DNA of 62,955 bases, filler included, from Collodictyon triciliatum (lineage: Eukaryota): the NCBI GenBank assembly GCA_043381765.1. It is 18 parts of 17 records of this genome, joined end to end, with 100 filler letters (N's around TTAATTAATTAA, not from the genome) between each part and the next. Parts side by side here need not be neighbours in the genome. Positions count along the whole stretch, not along the records: positions 1 to 3,348 come from JBHJMP010007442.1; positions 3,449 to 6,796 come from JBHJMP010007443.1; positions 6,897 to 10,244 come from JBHJMP010007444.1; positions 10,345 to 13,689 come from JBHJMP010007445.1; 14 more parts are not named here. One strand, written 5' to 3'. The translations under genes and the position numbers were made by a program. Positions 1-11,774 of the stretch are shown in pieces. The notes beneath the pieces are model-generated. The model saw only the letters and a program-made list of their open reading frames with translations. It made no database searches and was not told the DNA's origin. Numbering within the stretch: the first letter of the stretch is position 1; every line of letters starts with the position of its first letter.

Positions 1-686
1 TAAGTAACATTCTAAAAAAAATTTTTTTTTATTTTTCAAAAAAAAATTTTAAAAAAAAATTTTTTTTTTTTTCCTTTTTTTTTTTTTTTGGCAGAAAAAA
101 GACCTCAAGTTCACACGCAGTCAAGTTTCACAGTTTTTCTGAGGTTGCGGGAAGCTTACTTCAGGGAGTTGTGAGAGACAATCTCATGTTTCTTTTCTTT
201 GCAACTTTTGGAAATAGATATATGAATAAAAATGAGTTTGAAAAGAAGAAAGAAAAAAAGTGAAAAAAAAAAAAAGTGAAACAATAGTTACGAACACCCC
301 ACAAACGTGTCCATAGCGAAGGACAGAACCTGGGTGTGAGAAAAAGAGATCATAGCGACAAAACAACACAGGATCACAAAACCACGAAGAAAAAATTATG
401 GGAATGGTGTAATCATTCCTAATATGGTATGATTGTTTTCTTTTTTGATTATGTGTGGCAATGAGCGCTTCTCTAACCGCAAATATACCATTTAAATTAT
501 ACTATAAGGTGAATACCAATCAAAAGATTGGTAAACCTGGTACGCTAGTATCCAAGGTCTCGCCACCTTTTTCGGAGAGGTCGTGCAGTGGTGAAGGCTG
601 TCAGGAAAGACACGGCAGCATTTTTTAGAGGAAAGTGTAGGCATATTTTGGAGGATTAAAAGAAGTTTCCCTTGTTATTATTTGGC

Positions 687-3196
687 TTAGTTTCCTGGCA
701 ATAATACCGCTACATCAATCACGTATATGGCTTTGTGAATCTTATTGTGAACTACTACGTCAGGTCTAATAGCTGTTGTCAGGACTTCGGGGTCAAAGTT
801 ACAATCAGAGTGTATCGCAGCGTATTGGTTCGCTACTTCGCTTTCTATTCCGTGTCTTTTGAGCCGTTTAACTTTCAAGAAGTTGTATTTGAGGGTTATA
901 TATTTGTGGATGCATCGGAGTAATTCGTTATGTCGCCTTGTGAAGTGTCGTAGGTTGAGAGTCCATACTCCTGCTATGTGGGGAATGTTCCTTTGCTTCT
1001 TATAAGTGTCACATTTTGTTATGTTATTAAAGAATACATTGCAATCTTGTAGGGTGAAACATGTAGCTTCTTCCCTCGGGGAACTAATTCCTTTCGTCGG
1101 CCGTTTATTGGAGTCTTTCTCTTGGGTGTTCTCTTCTAAAGATTTGTAGAATAGAGTGGGGTATTTTCCTTAGCTCGCTAACTGTTTTTTCTAGAATTGT
1201 CTCAAGTTGCTATTTGGCGGTTGCATAGAGCTTGATGTCATCCACAAATAGGTCGTTGTTTAGTATCTTTTCTTGTCGCTCGCTGCTGATGCCTATTTGT
1301 GGTACTTCACCGGATTCTAGTTCTCTTGTGATAGGCTCCATAATCAAGATTAAAATAAGGAGTCGCTCCCATCCCGCCCCTTTGTATGGCATATCCTCGC
1401 TGCACTTTGAATCGAATGAAGAAGAAAAAAATATTAAAATTAGGGGTGATAAACTGTCTAATTGCAATTTACCTTGCTTCGCTTCGGCCTCTCTTAGCAT
1501 TTTTCCTTGTTGGTTTGTGTTGAGTGTCCACTTCTTTCTTGCGTTCTCTATGAATTTCACTCTCTGGGCAGGTGCTTGGAATTTGGAAAGTGTTTCTAGC
1601 AAGTACTCGTGGCTGACATAGTCATAGGCCTACTGTACATCTAGCCATGCTGTGAATAGTTTATTGCCGTGTTGATGATTGGTTGCTCGGTTTAAGAGAA
1701 CTTGTTCTTTGGCTCCTTGGGTTCCCTTTCTAATGCCCATTTGGTTCTCCAATGTTATTCTGTTCACCTCTGGGTGTTCAGAGAGTTCGCGCGTCAGGAC
1801 ATGCGTCAATAGTTTTTAGAAGTTGCTCATGCATTTAATCGGTCTGAATTGCGATGTATCGTTCACTAGCATTTTCCTTGGAATGAAGTAGGTATTCCCT
1901 GTAAGGAGTCAACTTGGTACTTGACAAGCTCTTTCCATTGTTCTATTCTTAACTTCTATAAGGTCAGGATGTGTAATAGTAGACATCTTGATGAAAAAGT
2001 TGTATATCAGGTCGGTTACAGTACCTCCAAGGCAGGTAGGGCTTTTATCACTCCTGTCCATCTTTCTTCCAGCAATCTCCATGATTTTCTTTCTTAATTG
2101 TGCTTGAAAGTCCAGTGAGTCGCCTCAATCTATTTGTCTTACAGAGCCTCTCCACTGCTTTTCACAAAACTCGATGACTTCATTGAATCTACCCTATGAA
2201 CTATCTTCAATACTCATGTCATGTTGATACCCTTATCACATTCACACCCCCTGCTCCAGTGGTATGTAATCGACCCTTCGTAACATATTCATCATCCGAT
2301 ACATTGACGTTGATGCTCCTCGACTGACACATACAAAAGATGCTCTCCCTTTACAGCTCCGCTCTCGCTTCTATCCGCTATGTCTCACTACTTTCTTGTA
2401 GCCTATAGTCATCCGCACCGTTTCTTTTGTGATATCATCAAGCGCTACATTTAGTCTCTTCCCTTCAAAAGCTCTGCAGCATTTGATATCCTGTCTCGAA
2501 ATCTCGATATTCTTTAAGGTCATATCTTGTGCGGCTGCAAATCATGATGATGCTTGTTACTCATTCACGATGCTCTGATAAACGCAACACTACACCCGAC
2601 ACCTGATATCTCCATCTTTCTTGCTTGAGCTCTCCAATCCATCTATTTATCGTATTTACCGTCGGCTCAACCACCCAAAGTGTGTGATATCCTTTTCTCC
2701 ATCTTTCATTTTGGCGAGCGTACGTTTGCTATCATTGTATATTTTGTCCCTTTGGTGTCTCGATTTATATAAATCCATGACTGCATTTATTGCATGAGAC
2801 AAAGGCACCGAAGATATGTAGTAGGCGATGCATACAACTGCTTGGACTATCAACAGCCTCTGATGCGGATGATGCCGAAGATGTAAAGGTCTTTTGTTTG
2901 TACGTGTATAGATGTGGAATTTAGCGTAGCGCCGCCGTATGGTTGCAGGCTGAGCGTGCCACAGCTGTATGTATACCTCATGTACCGTGCTGATGTGTGT
3001 GATATAACAATCCAATAGACTGTGCAGCTATTTTGACTGTATTTGAATGAGAATGCAAGTTATATGAGTGTTTGGATTGGTTGATGTGTTTGGGTGTGAG
3101 AATGTGTAAAGAAATGATTCCGTTGTAATGTCCGCATATGACGAGTTGACACCAGGCCCATCAGCAGAGAGCGATGCGAGGACATAGTATACTGAC
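687..3196 (-). mobile_element. Decayed R4/Dong-like non-LTR retrotransposon (RT + restriction-like endonuclease)
   Basis: Minus-strand translation gives RT motifs (NQMGIRKGTQGAKEQVLLN, AWLDVQ*AYDYVSHEYL, DSLSPL..MEPI, LFVDDIKLYA), then RRHNELLRCIH and the RLE motif IRPDVVVHNK..IYVIDVAV. Many stops and frameshifts. The 5' boundary is uncertain. Confidence 0.85.
1357..1432 (+). mobile_element. 76-nt A-tailed insertion with 8-bp TSD inside the RT
   Basis: ATTAAAAT is duplicated at 1349-1356 and 1433-1440. Removing insert plus one copy restores the RT motif DSLSPLILILIMEP. Confidence 0.75.
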
Positions 3197-3240
3197 ATGG
3201 TTGGGACACGGTGGATTTTCTTACTCTGGAATCAGAAGGT

Positions 3241-3348
3241 ATCTTCTCGGCCTTTTGGCTAAGATCAAGTGTAGTATCTGTTCTTATCAGCTTAATATCT
3301 GATATGGCTCCCACGCGGAGCCAACGATATTAAACTTATTTTTGCAGG
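3241..3348 (+). ncRNA. U2: U2 snRNA, 5' 108 nt (truncated by contig end)
   Basis: Canonical 5' sequence ATC-TTCTCGGCCTTTTGGCTAAGATCAA, branch-recognition GTAGTA, stem IIa (TATCAG-CTTAATAT-CTGATA), stem IIb GGCTCC/GGAGCC and Sm site ATTTTTG. Confidence 0.95.
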
Positions 3349-3448
3349 NNNNNNNNNNNNNNNNNNNNNNNNNNNNNNNNNNNNNNNNNNNNTTAATTAA
3401 TTAANNNNNNNNNNNNNNNNNNNNNNNNNNNNNNNNNNNNNNNNNNNN
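3349..3448. other. Artificial contig spacer (N-TTAATTAATTAA-N, about 100 bp); first of 17
   Basis: The same six-frame-stop 12-mer inside N runs starts at 3393, 6841, 10289, 13734, 17181, 20627, 24073, 27518, 30963, 34407, 37851, 41294, 44610, 48052, 51492, 56127 and 59564. Contigs between spacers are almost all 3336-3348 bp. Confidence 0.98.
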
Positions 3449-3569
3449 TAGTAATAGTAATAGTAATAGTAATAGTAATAGTAATAGTAATAGTAATAGT
3501 AATAGTAATAGTAATAGTAATAGTAATAGTAATAGTAATAGTAATAGTAATAGTAATAGTAATAGTAAT
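3449..3569. repeat. (TAGTAA)n microsatellite
   Basis: Perfect tandem repeat at contig start. Confidence 0.95.
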
Positions 3570-3612
3570 CAAATGCAAGTATTCTGTAGTAAATTGATTA
3601 AGAATGCTCTAC

Positions 3613-6600
3613 CAGTCACATCCTTTCCAGATTTACCAGGAAGTAAGGGACACCATTTGGCTATGGCCTGGCCATCGACAAGTCCGTTGAGAGGAAATAG
3701 AACCTTTGAGAATATAGCATCTATTTAATAAGTTTTCTACAGAAACTATCTGAACACGTGATATCGATTCATTTTTGGGCTTTAATATTTAGTCAAATGA
3801 AAAAAAATCCATGAACCTCTCCTAAAAAATCGTTTCTAGTCAATTGATCCCAATCATACACACCAAAATAAAGGTTTCCATCCAAGTTATTTACATCTCT
3901 TGTTATGAAATTTACATGCTCATTAGACTTCCAAGAACATCATAGAACAACTGTAGTAATCGATGGTGCATGTAAAGCGCGGGGATTGGATAGGTCAAAA
4001 AGTACACAAAAGTGGCGTGGTAGTTCCAAACAGGAGACAGAGTTGTTTTGATAACTGGCGTTTCAAATTTCTGACTCCCAAATTGCAACACGACAAAAGG
4101 GTCACTCAATCCGTTATCATCCATGCTCATCAACCCTTGAGCCTGTGTCACTTCAATCACAACGTTAGCAAGAGCTTAACAATATGTCTATCGGATAAAT
4201 CACAAACCTATGACGTGAATTCTTCCCCCTTTACTTTTTTTAATAGTTCCTCCAGAAAAAGTAGCCTTCTATAATAACAGAATGCTTATTATTTTAGATA
4301 GAGGGGCTCATTTATAGAATCATGTTAATTTATCAATTCACTATACTTAAGAAGGGCGCAGTTAAATTCGTTTTTTTTTTAAATGTCATTTATGAAAAAT
4401 GATTATGAATCAATTGAAACCTATTCATCAGTACTAAGAAAAGAACATGGATTACCTCAACGGGTATGGCTTGTGCAGATATATGAATACGACCGCTGGT
4501 TACCTTTTCTTTTCCGTCAGATGCGAGAGTGAGCCATTTGTCATAAACCTGAAATGCATCATAAAGTTGAAACCAAAATTGTGATTTTCCTGCATATAAT
4601 GAGATGTCATTCATTCAAATAACCAGTTTTGTTCCCTTTTCTAGAAATATTGGTACAAAATAAAAAATGATATATTTGATCGATACAAGCACTATACTTT
4701 TCCATCACGCAACTGGATGACAGGCAATACAACCTCCCCTAGAAATTTTTCTGAACCGATACTATTGTGGTCCCAGACTCTAAATTTCAATTGTGCGCCA
4801 GGGTGCTGCGCAGCTCTAACGGAACAAAGTAAAAAAAAGTTTTTTTCTTGTCATACGGTCGTATTTTCAGAGTAAAAAATTGGAAGGAAAATTTTCCGCA
4901 CATTTGAAGCTTTTCGTTCCAGCGTGGTTCCAGAGTGTTCTTCATGACTTTGGTTTTGTGATATTCCTGTTGGTCCAGGTACAATTGGCAGTATGGGTCA
5001 CTCTCTATGCAGTTATATGTAAAATTTGATCTTCCTTTTACTTGATATCGATACATTTATTTTGAAAAATTGTAAAAAAAAAAAAAAACAAACTAAAATG
5101 AAAATATATGCTACGATGGAGCACGCAAAAAGCTTACTTCCACCAGACAGCCAGGAGTCTTTTGCCATAAGGTTGCTTGCTTCAATGACTTTTTGGGAGA
5201 TGGTTAGAGAGAAAGTAGGTCCCATAACTTCATTAATATGAATTCAAAGTAAAATGAAATACACCATCGATGTTTCTTGACTGTATTATATTACTTGAAA
5301 TAGATAAAACAGCTGTCTGCAAGTCAACAGGGAGGGGGATTTCAGCTGTGTTTTGGTCTAGCACATCATGGGAAGCTGCATTTGGCGGGGACAAAGAATT
5401 AATCTGATTAGACCCTCTTTGTTTACTAAGAATGTCCTCTGAATTTGGAGTGTCGCCTCTATTATTGCTTGGCTGGAGAGTTGGTTTCTGCGGAATATCA
5501 AAAAAAAAATCAGTGGTTTGTATTGTATAATTTTGAATTAAAAAAAGCGTACGTTAATGGCGATGGATATTTCTCCGGTAACGGGTTCTTTAGGATTTTC
5601 CGGAACCAACTTAAACATTCCCGCTATTGATTTTCCTTCTTTGACGTATGGTGAAATATCTACTTCGATTTTCCCCAAGAATTCAGGGTTATCTGGTGTT
5701 TTTTTGTCGTAATCCAGAACTCGAAAAAGCAAATGCGATGATGTGGCCAGTCTGGGTGTTTGGTAAATATTGTAAAAAAAAAAATAATCCCACTCAGCTT
5801 GTACTTAAAATTGTGGAGATAGCTATACTATAAAATCTTGGCGTGCTGGAATTCAAAGGGGAGATTGTATTCATCAATGCGTACACTCGAGTTGTGAACT
5901 TCCACACGGGATTTATTGTATTTGGCTTATACTCTGTCTTGCAAAGAATCTTTCCATCACAGTAAACCTCGACATAAGGATCACTCGCTGGGTATAGTAC
6001 ACATGGTTAACAAGTGACGCTGAATCGGAATGATATAAATAGAATTCGGGTTTGTTTAATCGTAACATTACTAACCATTCCCTTCGAAGAATGAATCCTT
6101 CTTTAAGAGACCCTTGGCTTCAATAACTGTTGGAGATAAATTGGAATATTAAAAAAAAATACTTATTTTTTTATCGAAATCTGTCAAAAGTATTGAATCT
6201 CACTAGAAAGCATCACTTCAATAGGAAAAACTGCAGTATCTTCGACAAGGTCTCCAAGAGGATTCGCTTGGATTTAAATCAGTCATTCGATATGGTTGTA
6301 TGTTTGTCTTGATTTTATCAGTACAGTGGAGTAATGTTTGCTTGTATGTATAAATGGGAGTATCAGTAAGGTGCGGTACATTATCCAAAGTTATCTTACG
6401 TAGGGGCTCCACAGACGAGTTCATATCCCTTCTTCCTGCAGCTAAATTCGAATTCATTCCACTCCTTGAATTTTGCTGGATAATGGGTTTTACACTCGGC
6501 TGCGGTATTGGCGCATTCTGAAAACAATATGCTTGTATCATTATTTGATTATGTAGAACAAGTTTGTCTCGTTGGTGGCGATATAGTGCATATTCTACTC

Positions 6601-6690
6601 ACAGAATGTGCGAGTTGCACTTGAAGCATCCCTTTCTCCACCTTTGTGGTGCTACTCCCTGCTTCTAGTTTGTACCATCCATCTGCTACT
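3613..6690 (-). CDS. Multi-C2-domain protein, multi-exon, partial at both ends
   Basis: Spliced exons give IEAKGLLKKD..SDPYVEVY..TINPVW, IEASNLMAKD..SDPYCQLY..KNTLEPRWNE and TQAQGLMSMDDNGLSDPFVV..KTTLSPVWN, plus the tail of a further upstream C2 (DGWYKL..GMLQVQL). GT-AG introns. Confidence 0.9.
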
Positions 6691-6896
6691 GTGGGAGTCA
6701 AGACCTCGTGTGCAGATAGAGAAACCATCCCAAGAAAGTCCGGATTGTCTTGTGATTTCTTGTCATAGTCGTATACATATATCTCTAGTTTCTTGGNNNN
6801 NNNNNNNNNNNNNNNNNNNNNNNNNNNNNNNNNNNNNNNNTTAATTAATTAANNNNNNNNNNNNNNNNNNNNNNNNNNNNNNNNNNNNNNNNNNNN

Positions 6897-6995
6897 ATGT
6901 TATGTTATGTTATGTTATGTTATGTTATGTTATGTTATGTTATGTTATGTTATGTTATGTTATGTTATGTTATGTTATGTTATGTTATGTTATGT
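6897..6995. repeat. (ATGTT)n microsatellite
   Basis: Perfect tandem repeat. Confidence 0.95.
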
Positions 6996-7138
6996 ACTCT
7001 TCCTTTCTTTTGCCTTTGGTCGATGCAGCTTTGTGTCGTTGTGTTTGTCCTTTATCTTTCTCGCTATTGCTCGAGAGGATGAGTGCAAGTGTGTTTGTAT
7101 CTGTGTCTGTGTTTGTGTCTGTGTCTGTGTCTGTGTGG

Positions 7139-10042
7139 TTAATCAGTAAACTTGACCGAGTGCACCCCCATTCCGATTTCCCCGCCGCTGTAGGAGCCTC
7201 TCTTCTTTTTGGTTTTTTCGTGGCGGAAGTTTTTGCCACGGACGGTGCTCAACACGTCGTTCGCCCTTCTTCCAAACTCGTCTCCTCCCTGCATGGTCGA
7301 TGCAAGAGCTGGTCAGCGTTTGGGTTGCAATTCTCAATCACAGGCTGTGTGTCATCCTTGAAAGTAACTGTTTCATGTTGTTCTTACATCCACGCAGAGA
7401 GAGAATGATAACCATAAAAGCAATAATTAAAACGATAATGATGGAAATGAAAATGTGTAGCCCGTGGCACCGTCGGGTACGTATCATGGATTGTTGTAAG
7501 TGGGAAAGATAAAGAGTAGGTTGGTATGGTTCAGAGCAGATTTCCTCCCACCAGTATCATAAAAGACTGATGTAGGTGAGTGAAGGGAAGAGACGAGAGA
7601 ACTAGTGTGGTGTCCGCACCTTTGCATCGAACGAGTTGTCTTTCAAAGGGTCGGGAATGTCGAAGTCTTCCTCACGGATGCGACGGAAGGGGGCGTTCTA
7701 AAGGGGACACAAATAAGTATTCAGGTACGGTTCTTTTGTCTTTTGTCTTTTGTCTTTTGTCTTTTGTCTTTTGTCTTTTGTCTTTTGTCTTTTGTCTTTT
7801 GTCTTTTGTCTTTTGTCTTTTGTCTTTTGTCTTTTGTCTTTTGTCTTTTGTCTTTTGTCTTTTGTCTTTGTTAGTGCTGTCCTGTACCAAGATAGGCACG
7901 AAAGAAAACTATATGGGAGTACGAAAGTGTCTGTGTGGCGCACTCTGGTTTCATTTGTGTGTGGATGGTGGTATCTTAGTCATGCTTTCATGGGACAATG
8001 TCCAGTGTTGTTGCATACGTACTCTGTTTCCTTGATTGCTGTTCTTGCTAGGTTGATCCGAGTTGTTTTCCTAGGTGGATAAGATGTTAATGACAATTGT
8101 CATATTGACTCTGATAAGGGGTACAAAGGATACGAGCGTGTAAATATCAGAGGGTTTGGAATGAGAATAAGGCATGGGCACCAGTAAAATTACGAATAAT
8201 GAAAATACAAGATGCTGATATAAGTTATTTATACTTCAAATGAGAAGGAAAGTGGGGACATACAGCTTCAATCTTGCGCTTTTGGGCTCCTCTAGTCGTC
8301 ACTGATGGTGTATTTGTTTGTGGCTGCACTTTTCTGACCTCATTCACGGGCTCTTCTTTTCTTCCCGTTGCCTTTGGACCGGGACCCGTTGCAACTCTCT
8401 TTGCGGGTTTCTCTTCGGATTCCTCAGATTCATCGTCATCGGAGTCATCATCAGAATCGTCTTTCTTAGCTGGTGTGGCTGGCTTAGCAGGTGCTGCTGG
8501 TTTAGCGGGTGTGGCTGCCTTCTTAGGCTGCTCCTCGGAATCATCAGAATCGTCATCGGAATCATCATCAGAATCGTCTTTCTTGGTTGGCGTGGCCTTG
8601 GCTGGTGTGGCTGGCTTAGCAGGTGCGGCTGGTTTGGCGGGTGTGGCTGCCTTCTTAGGCTGCTCCTCGGAATCATCAGAATCGTCATCGGAATCATCAG
8701 AATCATCATCAGAATCGTCTTTCTTGGCTGGTGTGGCCTTGGCTGGTGTGGCTGGCTTAGCAGGTGCTGCTGGTTTAGCGGGTGTGGCTGCCTTCTTAGG
8801 CTGCTCCTCGGATTCATCAGAATCGTCATCGGAATCATCAGAATCATCATCAGAATCGTCTTTCTTGGTTGGCGTGGCCTTGGCTGGTGTGGCTGGCTTA
8901 GCGGGTGTGGCTGCCTTGGCAGGTGGTGCTGGTTTAGCGGGTGTGGCTGCCTTCTTAGGCTGCTCCTCGGATTCATCGGAATCGTCATCGGAATCATCAG
9001 AATCATCATCAGAATCGTCTTTCTTGGCTGGTGTGGCTTTGGCTGGTACAGTTGGTGTGGCTGGTACTGCTGCTTTGGCGGGTGGTGCTGGTTTAGCGGG
9101 TGGTGCTGGCTTAGCGGGTGTGGCTGCCTTCTTAGGCTCCTCGGATTCATCGGAATCATCAGAATCGTCATCAGAATCGTCAGAATCGTCTTTCTTAGCT
9201 GGTGTGGCCTTGGCAGGTACGGTTGGTGTGGCTGGTACTGCTGGTTTGGCGGGTGTGACTCCCTTGGTGGGTGCTGTCGGCTTAGCGGGTGGTGCTGCTT
9301 TGGCGGGTGCGGCTGCCTTCTTGGGCTGCTCCTCGGATTCATCGGAATCATCAGAATCGTCATCAGAATCATCTTTCTTCGCAGGACCAACTGGCTGAGC
9401 AGGCCTAGAGGGCTTAATTGAATCAACCATTTTATCAGAGTCGTCGTCGGAATCCTCCTCAGAGGCGCTCTCAGCCTTTGATTTTTGAATCTCCCAACTA
9501 AAGTATGATAAATTTATTCATCAGAGCGAAATGGTGCCGTAAGCCTTCGCATACCCATGTTGATCAAACATGGGCTCTGGTAAATGCACCAGAACTATGT
9601 TCAGAGCTAAATGTCCATAATGCGAAGCCATACTCTTTGTTCTGTGTTCATATTCTAGGCAATTGAGAATCCATAACCAACCTGGACTTATTCTTCAAGT
9701 AGAGCTCATAGATAGCAAAGAGATCGTGTTGGCTTTGACGAGGGGTGGTTGCCTTCACAATTGAGAAAAAGAAATGCCAGTGGGGTTAGCAGTGCCTTCA
9801 ATATTATTGAATGCGAATGTATAAGGACTTGCATACATCATTCATGGTTTTAGCTGAAGAACGAATCTTTAATATGAACGGAATCGTGAGTGTCAGGGAT
9901 TTGTCAGTTAAGTTATGAAGCTTACGGCTTTGCATTCGACTTTCAAGGCAGCAAGAGTGTTCTTTAGCCCTTGCTTTTGGAGGAATTCAAAGATAAGAGG
10001 ATACAGCGACGAAGGCTGAACAGTGTTGGTCTTTGGTGGCAT
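7139..10042 (-). CDS. NOLC1: Nucleolar phosphoprotein Nopp140/Srp40, complete, 6 exons
   Basis: N-terminal LisH-like exon MPPKTNTVQPSSLYPLIFEFLQKQGLKNTL; central alternating acidic-serine and KPA-rich repeats (8225-9430 ORF); SRP40 C-terminal domain PFRRIREE..KDNSFDAK..FGRRANDVLSTVRGKNFRHEKTKKKRGSYSGGEIGMGVHSVKFTD*. Confidence 0.93.
7733..7870. repeat. (CTTTTGT)n intronic microsatellite
   Basis: Perfect heptamer repeat within a NOLC1 intron. Confidence 0.95.
9539..9633 (-). ncRNA. Candidate structured intronic RNA (four-way junction) in NOLC1 intron 2
   Basis: A closing stem of 12/14 bp encloses three abutting hairpins. G-U pairs form only on the host sense strand. Family not recognised. 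Confidence 0.5.
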
Positions 10043-10140
10043 CTAAACAGACGGCTCATTAGTACCAAAACCACGTGATCCGTGAGTGCTGCTGGATTCA
10101 TTAATATGAAATGTCTATTTCCACTCTAAAGCTTGGAAGA

Positions 10141-10244
10141 GTTGTTTGTTTGTTTGTTTGTTTGTTTGTTTGTTTGTTTGTTTGTTTGTTTGTTTGTTTG
10201 TTTGTTTGTTTGTTTGTTTGTTTGTTTGTTTGTTTGTTTGTTTG
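10141..10244. repeat. (TTTG)n microsatellite
   Basis: Perfect repeat at contig end. Confidence 0.95.
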
Positions 10245-10465
10245 NNNNNNNNNNNNNNNNNNNNNNNNNNNNNNNNNNNNNNNNNNNNTTAATTAATTAA
10301 NNNNNNNNNNNNNNNNNNNNNNNNNNNNNNNNNNNNNNNNNNNNATTATTTTTATTATTATTTTTATTATTATTTTTATTATTATTTTTATTATTATTTT
10401 TATTATTATTTTTATTATTATTTTTATTATTATTTTTATTATTTTTATACAAAAGGAAGCAAACC

Positions 10466-11774
10466 AGAAATTTCGGTTCCATATATCGCAAGTTTTTTAA
10501 TATTTGTTATACTCGAAAAGTCCGGTAGAGTTCCTGAAAATATTGTAAGAGCTTTTTAGAGAGCTGTATTAAGTATTATAAAAAAAAATAATTCAAAACC
10601 TATTATATTGCATCTTGAACTTATCCACAGCGTCGTTATCAACGGAGTGTTAGAGAAATTAGGGATAGTACCCTCTATTTCGTTTCCATCTATATCCAAA
10701 TACATTATATTCGGCATTCCTTGAAAGTCTGGAATAGTACCGCTGATATGATTTTCATATAAGCTTAGATAATTCATATTTTTAAATTGAAAGTCGGGTA
10801 GATTTCCGAAAATTGAGTTGAAGCTCAAGTCAAGATCAAAGAGTGATGATAATTTTTCGAAAATTGGAGTTGCAGTTTCTATATCTCCATTGATGTTGTT
10901 GTACGGCATGAATATTCCAAGTACAGGACATATATTAATCTAGTGACAACTTTTTAAATGTACTGTATTTAATAGCCTTGATTTTTTGTTGCTTTTTAAA
11001 AAAAAAACTCACCATGTAGTCTTCGTCTTGACAGTATTGATCGCAGTATATTCCATACCATTCACAAATGGGAACACTTTCGTTTTTCCATCTACTGTTA
11101 TCGAACCAAGAATCACCATTGAAAATATCATAAATTTGAACTAGTTGCTCATACTGTGTTCTGGGCTTGTCATCGATTTTTTTATTTTTCTCCATCATCA
11201 ATCTCAAATTCCATTTAATGTAATCTTTGGAATTCGATGATAAGTCTTTATTTTGATATTCTTTCTTTCTCATGTAAACCCTATCTTCTTGATTCCATTC
11301 AGCAGCGGTAAATTTTTTGTAGTCTGATAAAAAGATTTTGTTATAATTCATCCTAACTGGTGAGACGCTGTCCTCGATGGTTGATGGTGGAAGATAGCAC
11401 GTGTCCTCGTAATGGCGGAGTAAGATTTGAAATGCATCTTCAATATTCATGGATAGTAATTCATCTTGAGTGTACTGGCACCTGGCATAAAAAAAATTGA
11501 GGTTTCTTTGGAGCAGAATTAAACCTTGTGTATCATACCTTCCAAAATCCTGAAAAGACAGAGAGGATTTAAGCAAGAATACGATGTATAGCAATATTCC
11601 ATATAGCCTCAAATTCCTAGGATTTTGAAATATCATAAGTATATTACAAATTGCATAAACAACAGCGATAATTAACCAAATAAAAATAAAAAACCTTGAG
11701 AAGGCGCTTGAGAAAATACTACAAACACCAATATGAAAATTGAATCCCTGGTGATTTTGGTGATTTGATCCCAT
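10466..11774 (-). CDS. Secreted or receptor-like leucine-rich repeat protein, 5' part
   Basis: Hydrophobic N-terminus, LRR N-cap (LVQIYDIFNGDSW..W..PICEWYGIYC) and plant-type LRRs (LDLSFNSIFGNLP, LSLYENHISGTIP, LDIDGNEIEGTIP). The start could be 11774 or 11636. Confidence 0.85.

Noticed and set aside
3060-3314. ORF MGAISDIKLIRTDTTLDLSQKAEK
   Set aside because: Antisense translation of U2 snRNA, a well-known spurious protein.
3393-3404. Regularly spaced TTAATTAATTAA as a biological repeat or CRISPR-like array
   Set aside because: Always embedded in N runs; it is an assembly spacer with stops in all six frames.
8274-9426. Three long overlapping ORFs in alternative frames
   Set aside because: Shadows of the low-complexity Nopp140 repeat exon.
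9539-9633. U1 or U11 snRNA identity for the four-way junction (loop words GATCA, ATGCAC, AAATGT on the plus strand)
   Set aside because: No ATACTTACCTG or AAAAAGGG 5' end, no Sm site, and stem and loop sizes do not fit.
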